Source: Octopus sinensis
Taxonomy: Eukaryota
Length of the DNA stretch: 64,000 bases
Reading direction: 5' to 3'
Assembly (NCBI RefSeq): GCF_006345805.1
Contig: NC_042998.1
Coordinates: forward strand, 61,256,001-61,320,000
The notes under the pieces were generated by a model. That model was not told where the DNA came from and did not search any database. It saw nothing but the letters and a program-made list of their open reading frames with translations. The position numbers and the translations under genes are program-made. Shown piece after piece: positions 27,582-39,905 of this stretch (position 1 is the stretch's first letter; every line of letters starts with the position of its first letter).

Positions 27582-27935
27582 AGGTGCAGGAGTAGCTGTG
27601 TGGTAAGTAGCTTGCTTACCAACTACATGGTTCTGGGTTCAGTCCCACTGCGTGGCTCCTTGGTCAACTGTTTTCGACCAAAGCCTTGTGAGTGGATTTA
27701 GTAGACAGAAATTAAAAGAAGCCCATCGTATATATATATATGTGTGTGTGTTTGTCCCTAACATCACCTGACAACCGATGCTGATATGTTCACATCCTCG
27801 TAACTTAGCGGTTTGGCAAAAGAGACCGATAGAATAAGTTCTAGGCTTACAAAGAATAAGTCCTAGGGTCGATTTTCTCGAGTAAGGGTGGTGCTCCAGA
27901 ATGGCCACAGTCAAATGACTGAAATAAATAAAAGA
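27582..27935 (+). mobile_element. Octopus-type tRNA-derived SINE of the same family as 6128. Further copies or fragments at ~21205-21415, 24545-24780 (-), 38045-38462 (-), 41185-41330 (-), 41730-42045
   Basis: Shared head (gtggtaagtagcttgctta..gggttcagtcccactg) and tail (ccagcatggccacagtcaaatgactgaaac). Confidence 0.8.
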
Positions 27936-28459
27936 ATGTATACATAAGTGTGGGTCCTGTTTTATAAGTGGATGAGATTTGTAGGAAAAGTGGGTCATGA
28001 AATGTCAAGAAACAAGACCGAATTATAATGTAATTAACAAAAACTGATCCTGATATTACTAAAACTTTACCAAACATGTACTTATATATGGCTGTTTTTT
28101 TAAATAAATAAATATTTAAAATATTTGAAAACGTCTTATTTCTTCTTATACAATGATTTAATCTACTTTGGTCCTGTAGCACCATCTTTTGTCCATGTCT
28201 ATGCCAAAACAGACGTCTCCAATGTTGGTGCTCCATGAAAAGCATCCAGTACACCCTGTAATGTGTTTGGCATTAGGATGGGCATCCAGATGTAGAGACC
28301 ATTCCAAAACAGACTCAAACTTGACACAGTCCACTGGCTTACCTGCTCCTCTCAAACTGTCCAACCCATGCCAGCATGGGAGACAGATGTTAAATGATGA
28401 TAATGATGGTGATGTGACTCCTTTGCTGATATTTTGTGTAACCTTGACACAATGGGACA

Positions 28460-29020
28460 ACTGTAACTTAGGTTATTGGTTGGTAGACTGAGGTTTTGAG
28501 GGTTCCTTTTAACCTTTTTTGTTAAGGACTGCAGTATTGACCCTGGCATGATTTCCCTCTTATTTCTTCCTAAATACCAAAATAAAGATGTTGATATTTT
28601 TGGGGATGTCATGGCTATGTTCCTAGGCAGGAACCTTATCACAAAGTTTCTGAAATACTTTACAAATTTAAACAAAAATATTCAAGTCTTTTGAATTTCA
28701 GGAATTTGTGTTTTCATTCCAGAGGTTGAAACAGTCATCTAGAAATCTTTTCCAATTTTCTTTTATGTATTGGGAAAGAGGGTTTCCAAATGTAGATAAA
28801 GATTCCTGGTATATTATTATTTCCAGATAGCTCATTGTTAGGTTCGCAATGACTGGGACTGCCCTAGTACCCATGGCAGTCCCGGATTTTTGTTGATAAA
28901 ACATGTTGTCAAACATAAAGTGGTTGTTTCATAGGATGAATTCAACCGATTCAATTATGAATTCTTTGCTGATTCTTTACGGTATTTCTTCTGGATATTG
29001 ATTCAGCCAGAACTGAATTT
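28460..29020 (-). mobile_element. Penelope-like element reverse transcriptase fragment
   Basis: ORF 28698-28916 has YQQKSGTAMGTRAVPVIANLTM and RFLDDCF, the PLE RT motifs GTAMG and YxDD-like. Confidence 0.75.
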
Positions 29021-29029
29021 CAGCTATAA

Positions 29030-29690
29030 TGGATTGTAATTATAGGTCCCCTGGATGCTCGGGCTGCCACCAAAACTACATAGGGTCCACGGGATTATCA
29101 CTCAGATGCAGATGCACTCTGCATTTACAGCAGATTGCATTCCCAACATACAGAATGATACCCTTTTGTAAACACATTGAGAAATGAGCAAAGTAACTAC
29201 TGCCACAATTTCTAATCTTTCCATTTTATCAATGTGCTATTGGTACACCAACACAAGTTAGATTAAATAAGGAAACCTACTTATAATATAAGCCCAAAGT
29301 TAACTTTTTCTAGCATTTTTAAATGAGGAAACTTACCTCATTGGAAAATATATATATATATAAATCAAAACCTAACCACTTCTAACATTCTATTCTTTCT
29401 AACCCAAATCATTTTAAATTAATAAAACCTACTCATTCCCAATATTTATAATTATCTCTCTTATACCGAAAAAATCCCTGATTACCTTCCCCTGTCTGAA
29501 ACTCTCATACTTCAAATCATAGTGAAGAGATGACACAGTATCGGTAAAAAATTCGAGAAATTTGAGAAGCAAATACGAAACCGGTTATTTCTCCAAAAAC
29601 AATGTTACTATACACAAAAATTTATAGCATTTTTAAAAACAAGACGATTTAAATATATTCTTTAACCATATAAACAAGTCTTCTGAAGTT
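29030..29690 (+). mobile_element. Penelope-like GIY-YIG endonuclease fragment and 3' region
   Basis: The + strand reads CSGCHQNYIGSTGLSLRCRCTLHLQQI. A degenerate tgaagag...cgaaaccggtt lies at ~29525-29590. Confidence 0.6.
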
Positions 29691-29729
29691 TTTCACTTTA
29701 TTTTGTCTTTTATATGTATATATGTATAT

Positions 29730-30300
29730 CACCTTGATCACCTTGGCTGACCAGTCCGTCAGGCGTCCATTTGACACTGCTGGTCACAGCACGCTGTCCA
29801 CTCCTCTCTGGATCGCGCCTTTATCATCCACGTGATCCAAATCATCCTCCTGAAATCATAACTCCACCGTCGTGGAGGTCTTCTGGGTGGTCTTTTCCGC
29901 TCGCGCGGGTACCACTCGACAACTGCGTGGGTCCACCGATTATCGGTGAGCCAGGCGACGTGTCCAGCCCATCTATACTTGCTGCGTGTATACTCTGCGA
30001 TGACATCTCTCACACTGGACTTCTTTCTGATGATCTCGCTACTGATGTGCTCTCTCAACGAGATACCAAGCATTGACCTTTCCATGGCACTTTGAGCCGT
30101 TACCAGTCTTTGCTCTTCTCTCTTTGTGGTAGCCCATGTTTCACTACCATATAACATTGCAGGCAGAACTGCACTGTTAATGAGGTTGGCACGGGTGGTC
30201 CTGTCCAACCTTCCCTTGAGGATATCCCTTATGCCATTAAATGCCTTCCATCCGGCCCTTACTCTCCGTGAGATCTCCTTTTTGATATCTCGGCACATAT
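29730..30300 (-). mobile_element. 5'-truncated RTE-clade LINE (3' end of the ORF), second subfamily
   Basis: RRVRAGWKAF...LPAMLYGSETW...RWAGHV...RPPRRW is a typical RTE C-terminal region. The ORF N-terminus is (AT)n noise. Confidence 0.85.
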
Positions 30301-30769
30301 TTACTTCCTGTCCCATATACATACATATATGTATATACATACAAACACACGTATATACGTATATATATATATATATATCTTTATACATATATATATATAT
30401 TCATATTAATCTATCTATCTGCTAGACAAACGCTATTCAAATGGGCTCCACGTAAGTTGGCCAAAACCACAAAAAAAAAAACCTGACACATAAAAACAAG
30501 CAACCACCTATACACAACACCACCAGAACACATTAAAATATTGCACATCACACCAACCCTGCATCACACTAAAATCCAATTACCCCAATGCGGTTGGAAG
30601 ATGCCAGGAGTACTCTTCCAAGAAACTTTATAGTGATCTCCTCGAGTGGGGGATTGGAATGCTACCTTGGAAACAGATGGAGCAACTGCATCGGGTCGTC
30701 GAGATAGTATCTAGATAGGATACTGTGTAGGACAGTAGATAGAGATAGCGTAGGGTGTCCACAATTCTA

Positions 30770-31985
30770 CATAGTCAGCTACACGGATCACAAATTTGTG
30801 ACGTGTACGCTAGACATAGATAAGACAGATAGGCAGGGTCCCGGTTACTGGAAACTGAACGCATGTTTCCCGTTGAGACAGGTTTTCAGAGACCGGATTA
30901 GCACACTAGTAAAGAGGGCTTCGACGGGAGCCATCATCAACAACAAATGGTGGTTTACCCTTGAGAGCAGTAAAAGCGGAAGCGATTAATTATAGTAAAG
31001 CACTAGCAATAGATAGAAACAGTGTAGAGGGTGACCTAGTTTAGAAGCTAGAAGAAGCGATTAGAAGTGGCTTCGCATTCGACATTTTGACGGCGAGGTT
31101 GACCCTCGACCAACACTTCAATGCTAAACACGAATGGTGTGTTGTCAGAGCTAGGATGCGTGCTTTAAGGAACGAATGTGTTGGAGTCGCATAAGAGGCC
31201 CAGGTGGCAGAGGCACAAAAGGGCAACAAAGCCAACATTCGGTCTCTGGTAGATGAATAAGGGCACGAATTACTCAAACCAAGTAAAATGTGTGTGGCTT
31301 TTCAACAGCATTTTGCCCGACTGTTCAGGACGAGTAGTGAGCGAGAACGCAGGGTGGATTTCAGTGCCTACCAGCACAGCCTGTCACGACTTTCGACAAG
31401 AGAGGCAGAGTGCTGCGAAGGTGCCATCATGGTGGCGCAAGTGCGGGACATAATGGCGGAATGCTCGAGGGACAAATCACCGGGTTTAGATGGTCTACCC
31501 TATGAGCTTAACAGTTGTATGCCAGACTTGTTCGGAGATGTCTTGGCAGCAGTGTACTGCAACTGGCTGAGGAGCCATAACACTGCATAAGAAAGATCTA
31601 AACAAGGGGAACGTAATATATAACTTACGGCCCATCACTATTCTCAATGCAGACTTGAAAATTTTGGCCATGGTGTTAGCCAAGAGGTTGGTGCTTGTCA
31701 TTGAGAAACTGGTTGACAAGGTGTAAAACATGCGCCATGCCAGGCCGGAGCATCCATAACAACCTCCATCTGATGCGCTACATCATAGACAGGGTAGTTA
31801 AGGAACCTGGCATGAGTGGGGCCCTGATCAATTTGGATCAATCCAAAGCTTTCGATTGGGTAGACCATCGATACTTGGAGGCTGTCCTCATAGCGGTTGG
31901 TTTTGGTCCCGTCTTCCGCAGCTGGATAGATGCCTTGTACAGAGGCATCCGTTCGGTAATTCACATGAATGGACATCTATTTAAG
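30770..31985 (+). mobile_element. Decayed Tx1/L1-clade LINE (end of endonuclease to RT)
   Basis: GPGYWKLN, DKSPGLDGLPYE, D.KILA.VLA and LDQSKAFDWVDHRYL motifs, broken by frameshifts and stops. Confidence 0.8.
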
Positions 31986-32004
31986 AGATGAAGAATTTAC
32001 AATT

Positions 32005-32500
32005 GACAGATATTTATCCTCATCTTGTTTGTTGTTAACACAATGTTTCGGCTGATATACACTCCAGCCTTCATCAGGTGTCTTAGGAAAAGGTATTTTT
32101 CGATGTTGGTGTTGTTATTAACAAGGGCTTATAAATTTAATATTCTCCTATCCTTCCTTAATACCGGTTTCTATATGCTGTTCCTAACTGCACTCAGTCT
32201 GCTTAGGAGGTTGTTGTGTCCTACCATATGTACTGCTTCTTTTAGTTTTCATATTTTCCAGTGGTGTTCTCTGTCTATTTTAACTTCATCCCACAGGGAA
32301 AGGTTGTCTCCATTTTTCCATACATGATTAGCTATACCCAATTTATCAATATCTCCTCATGTCACAGCTTTGCAATGTTCCTCTACCCTTATTTTGAGAG
32401 GGCAGCATGTTTAATCTTAGTATAACCTACCACAGCTGCATGGGATGGAGTATTACACAGTCTTTGGTCATATTCTCTTCTATTGGTGGTTTTAATCGAA
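32005..32500 (-). mobile_element. Penelope-like GIY-YIG C-terminus and 3' terminus
   Basis: The minus strand reads ...LKIRVEEHCKAV...GIANHVWKNG...WDEVKIDREHHWKI*KLKEAVH, followed by ctgatgaag...cgaaac. Another PLE remnant lies on + at 32722-32976 (RQITEATHIIENKPSLN). Confidence 0.65.
32037..32082 (-). ncRNA. Minimal type I hammerhead-ribozyme-like motif, stem III degenerate
   Basis: Minus strand GACAC CUGAUGA A GGCUG (10-nt loop) CAGCC GAAAC AUU GUGUU. Stem I is GACAC/GUGUU, stem II is GGCUG/CAGCC. Confidence 0.45.
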
Positions 32501-34683
32501 GGAGATATTTGCGAAGTGTTGAAAAATTCCAAACACAACTTAATATGCAAACTCCTCGTTGATCAAACTTCCTTTCTCTACCTCACTCTTCATGGATGGA
32601 CTAACACAAATATATAAAGATACCATGCATTCATCACTTCAAGCTAAAACTTATATTCTTTAAATATCATTTTTACTATTGTTGTTATTACTATCATTTT
32701 TATTATAAATGATATGACAATTTGAAATGCAATTGTCTATGCAGATTTATATTATTAGAAAATAATATAAATCTCTATAAAAGCTCATCGATTCTGTACC
32801 AACACGCCGAACAAGAACACGGGGGATCAATCAATAACATAGAGATTAAGATATTGTCCACACATAGAACAGATGCAACAATTAGACAAATTACAGAAGC
32901 TACACATATAATAGAAAATAAACCTAGCCTGAATAGAAAACTAGAATGGAGCAATAGCACACACCACAACATATGACGATAGTGGATCCTGCAAACATAA
33001 TAAATACACAGATAGTTAAAGAAATAGAAATGAATAACTATATATATGTATGTGTGTATATATATATGTATATGTGTATACATGTGTGTATATATGTATA
33101 TATATATGTGTATATATATATATATTTTTTTTTTCGATTAGATTTATTATTATTATTACTAATATTGTTGTTATACATACATACAAGCATATGTAATGAT
33201 AATAATGGGTGGATGTAAACACATGAACAAAATTCGAACAAAAGCAACAACAACAAAAACAAAATACAAATTACAAGAATGTATATAAACAGAAGATAGA
33301 AATATTACAGGCATCCCCCCCACACATACACTAAATAAACATAGACGCACATGGAGATATAAGCATGCGCAAATGAAGACATACAATAGAAATACAAAAT
33401 GGCTGACGGTTAGTAAGGAGAGACACAAGTAAGTGAGAAGAAAACAAAGGACCACTGATGCGGTCACAGGAGTGTGACGAAAGAACTTTGGCCGAAATAA
33501 GATTAAGATTAATGTAAAAAATAAATATCACTGAAGCAAAAATAACACCAAATATATAGTGCGTGTGTTTTTATTGGCTAAACTGGCAATATGACTATTC
33601 CGAAATATAACAATATATATATATATATATACAGACACATATAAACATACATATTTTCATACACACACACATGCACATGCATATAAATATGTGTGTGTGT
33701 TTTTATGTTTGTTTTTGTTTCACACCACTACTTGACAACTGGTGTTGGCAGGTTTACAAACTATAACTTAGCAGTTTAGCAAAAGAGACTAATAGAATGA
33801 ATATCTGACTTAAAAAGCACTGGGACTGATTTGTTTGACTAAACCCTTCATAGCTGTAGTTCTAACAAGTAAAAGATAAAAAAGAAAATTTGTCTTGAAG
33901 ACATTCAGACCAGGAATTGAAATGTAGTGAACAAAACAGAAAGAACCAAATATATAGTGGAACTTTGAGTTCAGACATACAAGTATGGCAGATGGGGGAC
34001 ACTGCTGGACAGTACAAGGGGATGCTGAAAAGTTCCTGGCTTTCAGGGTATTGCTAAAAGCCTGATTTGAGGCCCAGTCTTCCGATTTCTTTCACAGGGC
34101 TTAGAAAAACTGAAGGACAGCTAAAATAAGTGTGTGAACCCAAGTGGGGGGATATGTTGAATAAAATCATAATTAACTGATCTTCCTGTGTTTTCTTTTG
34201 CCCAAAATGAAGAAATTTTTAGTACCTTCCTCATATATTATAGCTGCACCCCACAACTCCTACAAATAGTTGAGAACTCAAACAAGCAAGAAAGCAAAAC
34301 ACTTTTAGGTAGAGAGTATTTGTAAAAATTTAAAGAAGAAATAATTATAAAACAATATTAATCCTTGACTGATATTATTTCCATGAATGCAAAAGTGGAT
34401 GATTGTTACCTAGCTCAGATACCAAAAGACCCCAAAATGGCAGAAATTCAAAAGATAGTGCTCATGGTAACTGCTCATATCCTACATAAAAACTGTCTTT
34501 GTAATCTCAAATTTTAAAACAAACACATAATTTTCTTATGGTTTCTTGAATATTCTCTAGAACAACACTATGTACAAAACCAAATATATGGCACCCTAGG
34601 CATAACACCAGCATGAAATTCTAACTTGTTGTCTCTTGAGGTCTCTGGGTGAGACTTGGAGCCAACTTGTACAAATGCAAAAC

Positions 34684-34736
<53 letters not shown>

Positions 34737-35339
34737 CATAATAATAATAATAAATGGAAACAATTGAAAGAAGAGGCAAATGAAAATGATAATAATAATA
34801 ATAACGACGATAATAATAAATTATCAAGCAAAAGGTAAATATTTTAAATCTCCCTCAAAATAAAATAAGTTAGGAAACTTACATACCTACAGCTATCGAA
34901 CACACAAACGGTCAGCTTAAAATACAAAAAAAAAAATCTTTAATATCTACAACTAATGTACGACAAGGTATCCTTCTCTTTCCCCCTGAGTATTCGAAAA
35001 TGTAAATATCATCCTCATTTTTATTGTAAGAACACTATCATTTCTCTCTGTGCAATCATACAAAAGACCATATTTAGTAAATCTTAGAACTTTACTAGCC
35101 ACAACTTGTTTTCTTTTCTTTTTGACTCTCCCTGAGCATTCGAAAATGTAAACATTCTTCTTCCCATTGCAAAAGTCTTATTGTATTTTCCAAACGGACA
35201 GACAAATGAACATCTCAAAAATACTTAAAAACTTTAATATATTACCCAAATACGTAAACACAACTTTTATTGCAACAACACAATTGGCAAGAGTGTATCC
35301 AACAACAAATTAAACTACTTTGGTCTGACATAGAATGTT

Positions 35340-37340
35340 TGAAAAACCTTAAGGTTGACAAGACTACCAAACCTACGAAAACCCCAAAATTAAAGAAAAA
35401 AATATAATATGAAAACTATACTTGATATTGATGTCACCAAAGAAACCATCAAGCAAAAGGTATCTGCTAAAGCTGCCTGCATAGCGAGGTATGAAAAGTG
35501 TGATAGATTCTTCAAGGACAACATCTTCAAAAATAACCTCAAAACTTTTTACAGGAAGATAGGGAAAACACCAGTTACTGTAAAGTCTGTACCATCAAAA
35601 GAAGAAGTGCAGGGATTTTGGAATAAAATTTGGGCAGAAGAAAAAACACACAACGAAAAGGCCCCTTGGATTGATAGAATATCTGCAGACTTGGACTCCT
35701 TAGAGGAGCAAAAGTGGCAGGGTGTCAAGGTAGAAGATATAAGATCTGCTCTCAGGAGGTGAAGCAAATGGAAGTCTCCAAGAGAGGATAAAATTCCTAA
35801 CTTCTGGTTGAATGCCTTCCCAGAGAGTTATGATATGCTAACAAAATTTTACAACAATGTTTTGTAACAACCTAGTACGATTTGGCCTCGATAAATGTGC
35901 AAACACTACCTTTATCAAAGGAAAAATGACAGAAACATCTAACGTTGACCTTGACCAGCAGAATGTCATAAAAGAATTAGACCCAGCGGAGAGCTACAAG
36001 TACCTAGGGGTAATTGAAGGGGACGAAATAAGGCATTCAGTGATGAAGGAAAGGATCAGGAGAGAATGTTATTGCAGAGTAAGAGCAATACTCAAGACAG
36101 AGCTGAATGCGAGTAACAGGATCGAAGCGATCAATGCTTTAGCCATACCAGACGTGACTTACAGTTTAAATATCATTAACTGGTGAATTACTGAAATATG
36201 TAATATTGACAGAAGAATACGAAAACTGTTGACAATGCAAATACTTGTTTCAGTCATTTGACTATGACCATGCTGGAGCACCACCTTTAGTCAAGCAATT
36301 AACCCCAGGACTTATTCTTTGTAAGCCTGAAGACTAAAACAATACCTGTTGTTATAGGTGCCCTAGGAATGATAGCAAAAGGGGCTGATTGCTATGTAAC
36401 TCAGATACCAGGAAACCCCAAAATGGCAGAATTCAAAAGATAGTGCTCATGGGAACTGCTCATATCCTATGCAAAATACTTTCTATGTAATCTCAAGTTT
36501 TAAAACAAACATAATTTTCCTATGTTTTTTTTAGACATTTACTAGTACAACACTAAGTACAAAACCAAATATATGGCACGCTAGGCATAACACCAACATG
36601 AACTTCCAACTTGTTGTCTCTTGAGGTCTCTGGGTGAGACTTGGAGCCAACTTGTACAAATGTAAAGCAAAAGTCAAACATAGAATAATAATGATGATGA
36701 TGATGATAATAATGAGATTGAAAAACTATAGACCACCATGAGATTGAAACTACAGACCACATTGAGATTGAAACTATAGACCACCTAATCTCAGTGTGTA
36801 GTGAAATTGAAATTATAGATCACCTAATGTCAGGATGATGAGTCTTAGCACCTGTAGAATATAAAGCAAGACATGACAGAATCAACACTGGACAATATGT
36901 TGGCATTATAAAATCAAAACCGCTGACAAATGGTATAAACACCATCCTGAAGCTGTGACTGAGGGAGAAAATGTGTCAATTTTCTGGGACTTCCCTATAC
37001 ATACTGACAAAATTATAAAAGCTAATAAACCAGATATTATAAAAGATCAGACAAAAAGGTGTGTTTATTAATTGACATGAGTATTCCTTGCGATCACAAT
37101 ATAGCGCCGAAAGAATTTGACAAGATCAGTAAATATAAAGATTTGCTAATAGAAATTGAAAAAATGTGGCATCTCAAGGCGACTACAGTACCAGAGATTG
37201 TAGGATCTCTAGGAATGATAGAAAAAGGTACTGAAACCTATTTGAAAATGATACCAGGCTTACCATCCCTACAAGAAGTGCAAAAAATCGTGTTAACTGG
37301 AATGACCCATGTACTGAGAAGAGCATTCATGAATTTATTT
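35340..37340 (+). mobile_element. Fragmented R4/Dong-like non-LTR element (RT remnants and restriction-like endonuclease) interrupted at ~36240-36830
   Basis: KSPREDKIPNFWL, FGLDKCA, YKYLGV, then KPDI..IDMSIP..K..KYKDL...VGSLG (REL-type domain). Short copies of a related 3' end lie at 34410-34680 and 36330-36690. Confidence 0.75.
36712..36830. repeat. ~24-bp minisatellite gagattgaaacta(t/c)agaccac, about four copies
   Basis: Directly visible. Confidence 0.8.
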
Positions 37341-39422
37341 ATTTGTTAATTTTTCTAAATACATATTTTACCTGTGAATTTGCGTGTATAATCTAGGAAT
37401 GCATACAATGTGCTTCTCTGCCCTAGGTGTACGAAAAACACTCGGTGAGAAATGGAAGAAAATTTGAAGATAGATGGAAAAAAAAACTATAATAATAATA
37501 ATAATAATCATAATAAAAATAAAGAAAAAATTTAAACAAGAAATGAACAAAAAAAAAGAAGAAAAACCATGGAAAGAAAAGAAAATGTACGATCAGTTTG
37601 CAAGATAGATACAGAGGACTGGTAAAATAATAAAAGAATATTGATGATAATAATAATAATTCCTTGGCCTTTCACTAATGACTGTGTGATTTTGATACCT
37701 GTTTTTGCTGTCTTAAATGCACCTTACCTTTTAAGTTTGTTTATTTTGACAGTTACATACATAGACACATATTCGTTATATTAAAATTTATGAAATTTTG
37801 TTTTTCCATTTGCAGGAAATGTAAGAAAATGGTGGAGGAATCACAAATGAGAGCAAAGCATTTTCATTTTATTACATCTACAAAATCAATTCGAAAAATT
37901 TAAACAAATAAGAAAAGCCAACTCTCTTACTGTAAAAAAAAATACAGTTGAAATTAAATATTTGTAACAGAAAATATTATTTCGATAAAGAAATTTTTTT
38001 TATATCTCTTCTTCATTGTTTTTTTTAAATTTCTTTTTAAATGGTCTACCCAGACATCTCTTTTACTTGTTCCAGTCATTTGGCTGCAGCCATGCTGGAG
38101 CACTGCCTTTAGATGAGCAAATCGACCCAGAACTTATTCTTTGTAGGCCTAGTACTTCTTCTATCGGTCTCATTTGCCGAACCACTAAGTTACGTGGACG
38201 TAAACATACCAGCATCGGTTGTCAAGCAATGGTGGGGGGGGGCAAACAAAGACACAAACATATACACACACATACATATACACATATATATATACATATA
38301 TACAATGGGCTTCTTTCAGTTTCCTTCTACAAAATCCACTCACAAGGCTTTGGTTGCCCTGAGGCTATAGTAGAAGACACTTGCCCAAGGTGCCACGCAG
38401 TGGGACTGAACTCAGAACCATGTTGTTGGTAAGCAAGCAACTTACCACACACCCACTCCTGCACCTCACTATTTTTATCTCTTCCCAGATCATACCATGC
38501 AGGTTTTCTGCAGCAAGGAAGATTTTCTACCTTAGGCTCTTCTCTCATATTTTAACCCCTCAGATCCATGCATAAAGCTCTACCACTCATAGGTTTCTTA
38601 GTGGTGCAAACTGCCTGGCAACCTCACTAGTGCTGGTGACATGAAAAAACAAAGTACCCAATACAAGTTGTCTTGTGGTTTGTGTTAAGAAGGGTATCTG
38701 GCCATTGAAACTAGGCTAAAGTAGACGGTGGAGCATGATGTAGTCCTTGGAACCATCAGAGCCTGTCAAACCATTCAACCAGCATGGAACATGAATTTTA
38801 AACGATGGTGGTGATGATGATGATGATGACGATGATGACAAGGATTCCTGAGAAGGATGTTAAAGAGATTAGTCAGTACCAACTAATGCAACACTTCAAC
38901 ATTGGTGGGAAGGTTTTGAATTAGAATGAAGGATGAAGGATATTATTGTGAAGAACAGGTTTGTTGATACATCTATATAAAAAACTGGGGTTCTTGAAAT
39001 TTTAGGAAGCATTGAGCTTGTACTGAGGGTTTAGCAGTCCATTCAATGGTGTAAAAAGAACAAGGGATATGTTGATGTCATCTGGTTAGAGTTAGCTAAT
39101 ATCTAGGGGTCAATTTCCCATTGCAGAATTCCGCAAACCTTTTAGAAAGAAGTTTACATAATTTGTGAATTGTGCTTTCATTGTTTAACCTTTCAAACAC
39201 ACTATATAAACCTTCCCATCAACATTGAAGTATGATATTAGTCAGCACTGACTAATCTCTTTAACATTGTGGAGTGGTTGGCATTAAAAAGGACATCCAG
39301 CTGTAGAAACCATGCCGATTCAGATTGGAAGCTGGTGCAGCTCTTCATCTTACCACTTTCAGTCAAACCGCCTGACCCATTCCAGCATGGAAGGCAGACA
39401 CGAAATGATGTTGATGATAATG

Positions 39423-39455
<33 letters not shown>

Positions 39456-39665
39456 CACGTAAAAAACACCCACTACACTAATGGAGTGGTTGGCGTTAGG
39501 AAGGGCATCCAGCTGTAGAAACACTGCCAAATCAGACTAGAGCCTGGTGCAGCCTCCATGGCTTACCAGACCCCGGTCGAATCGTCCAACCCATGCTAGC
39601 ATGGAAAACGGACGTTAAATGATGATGGTGATGATATATATATCTATATATCTATATATATATAA

Positions 39666-39905
39666 TCATTTTTTAATTTTGCATATTTCTACTGTTCCAC
39701 TTACAGACTGAACTTGTAATGTATGAATCAGCCGACCGATTTCTCTTTCTGAAAATCCTAGTTTACCCAGATTATCCTTTAAGCATTTACTAACAAAACC
39801 TAGTGCTCCAATTGTTATTGGTATGAATATGAATTCTGGAGTTTTCGAAGTAGTTGTCCATAGATATCCTCTTTTTCTTTGATTTCCAAAGAGATATTTA
39901 TATCT
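39666..39905 (-). mobile_element. C-terminal REL-domain fragment of another non-LTR element
   Basis: FIPITIGALGFVSKCL...GTVEICK fits the P..IGALG motif at the end of R2/R4/CRE-type ORFs. Confidence 0.55.

Noticed and set aside
36712-36830. Short regularly spaced repeats as a possible CRISPR array
   Set aside because: The copies are contiguous with no unique spacers, in a eukaryotic context. It is a minisatellite.
37790-37900. Strong-looking acceptor tttttccatttgcag followed by a 28-codon open frame
   Set aside because: No partner exon or recognisable peptide, and such tracts are common in AT-rich DNA.
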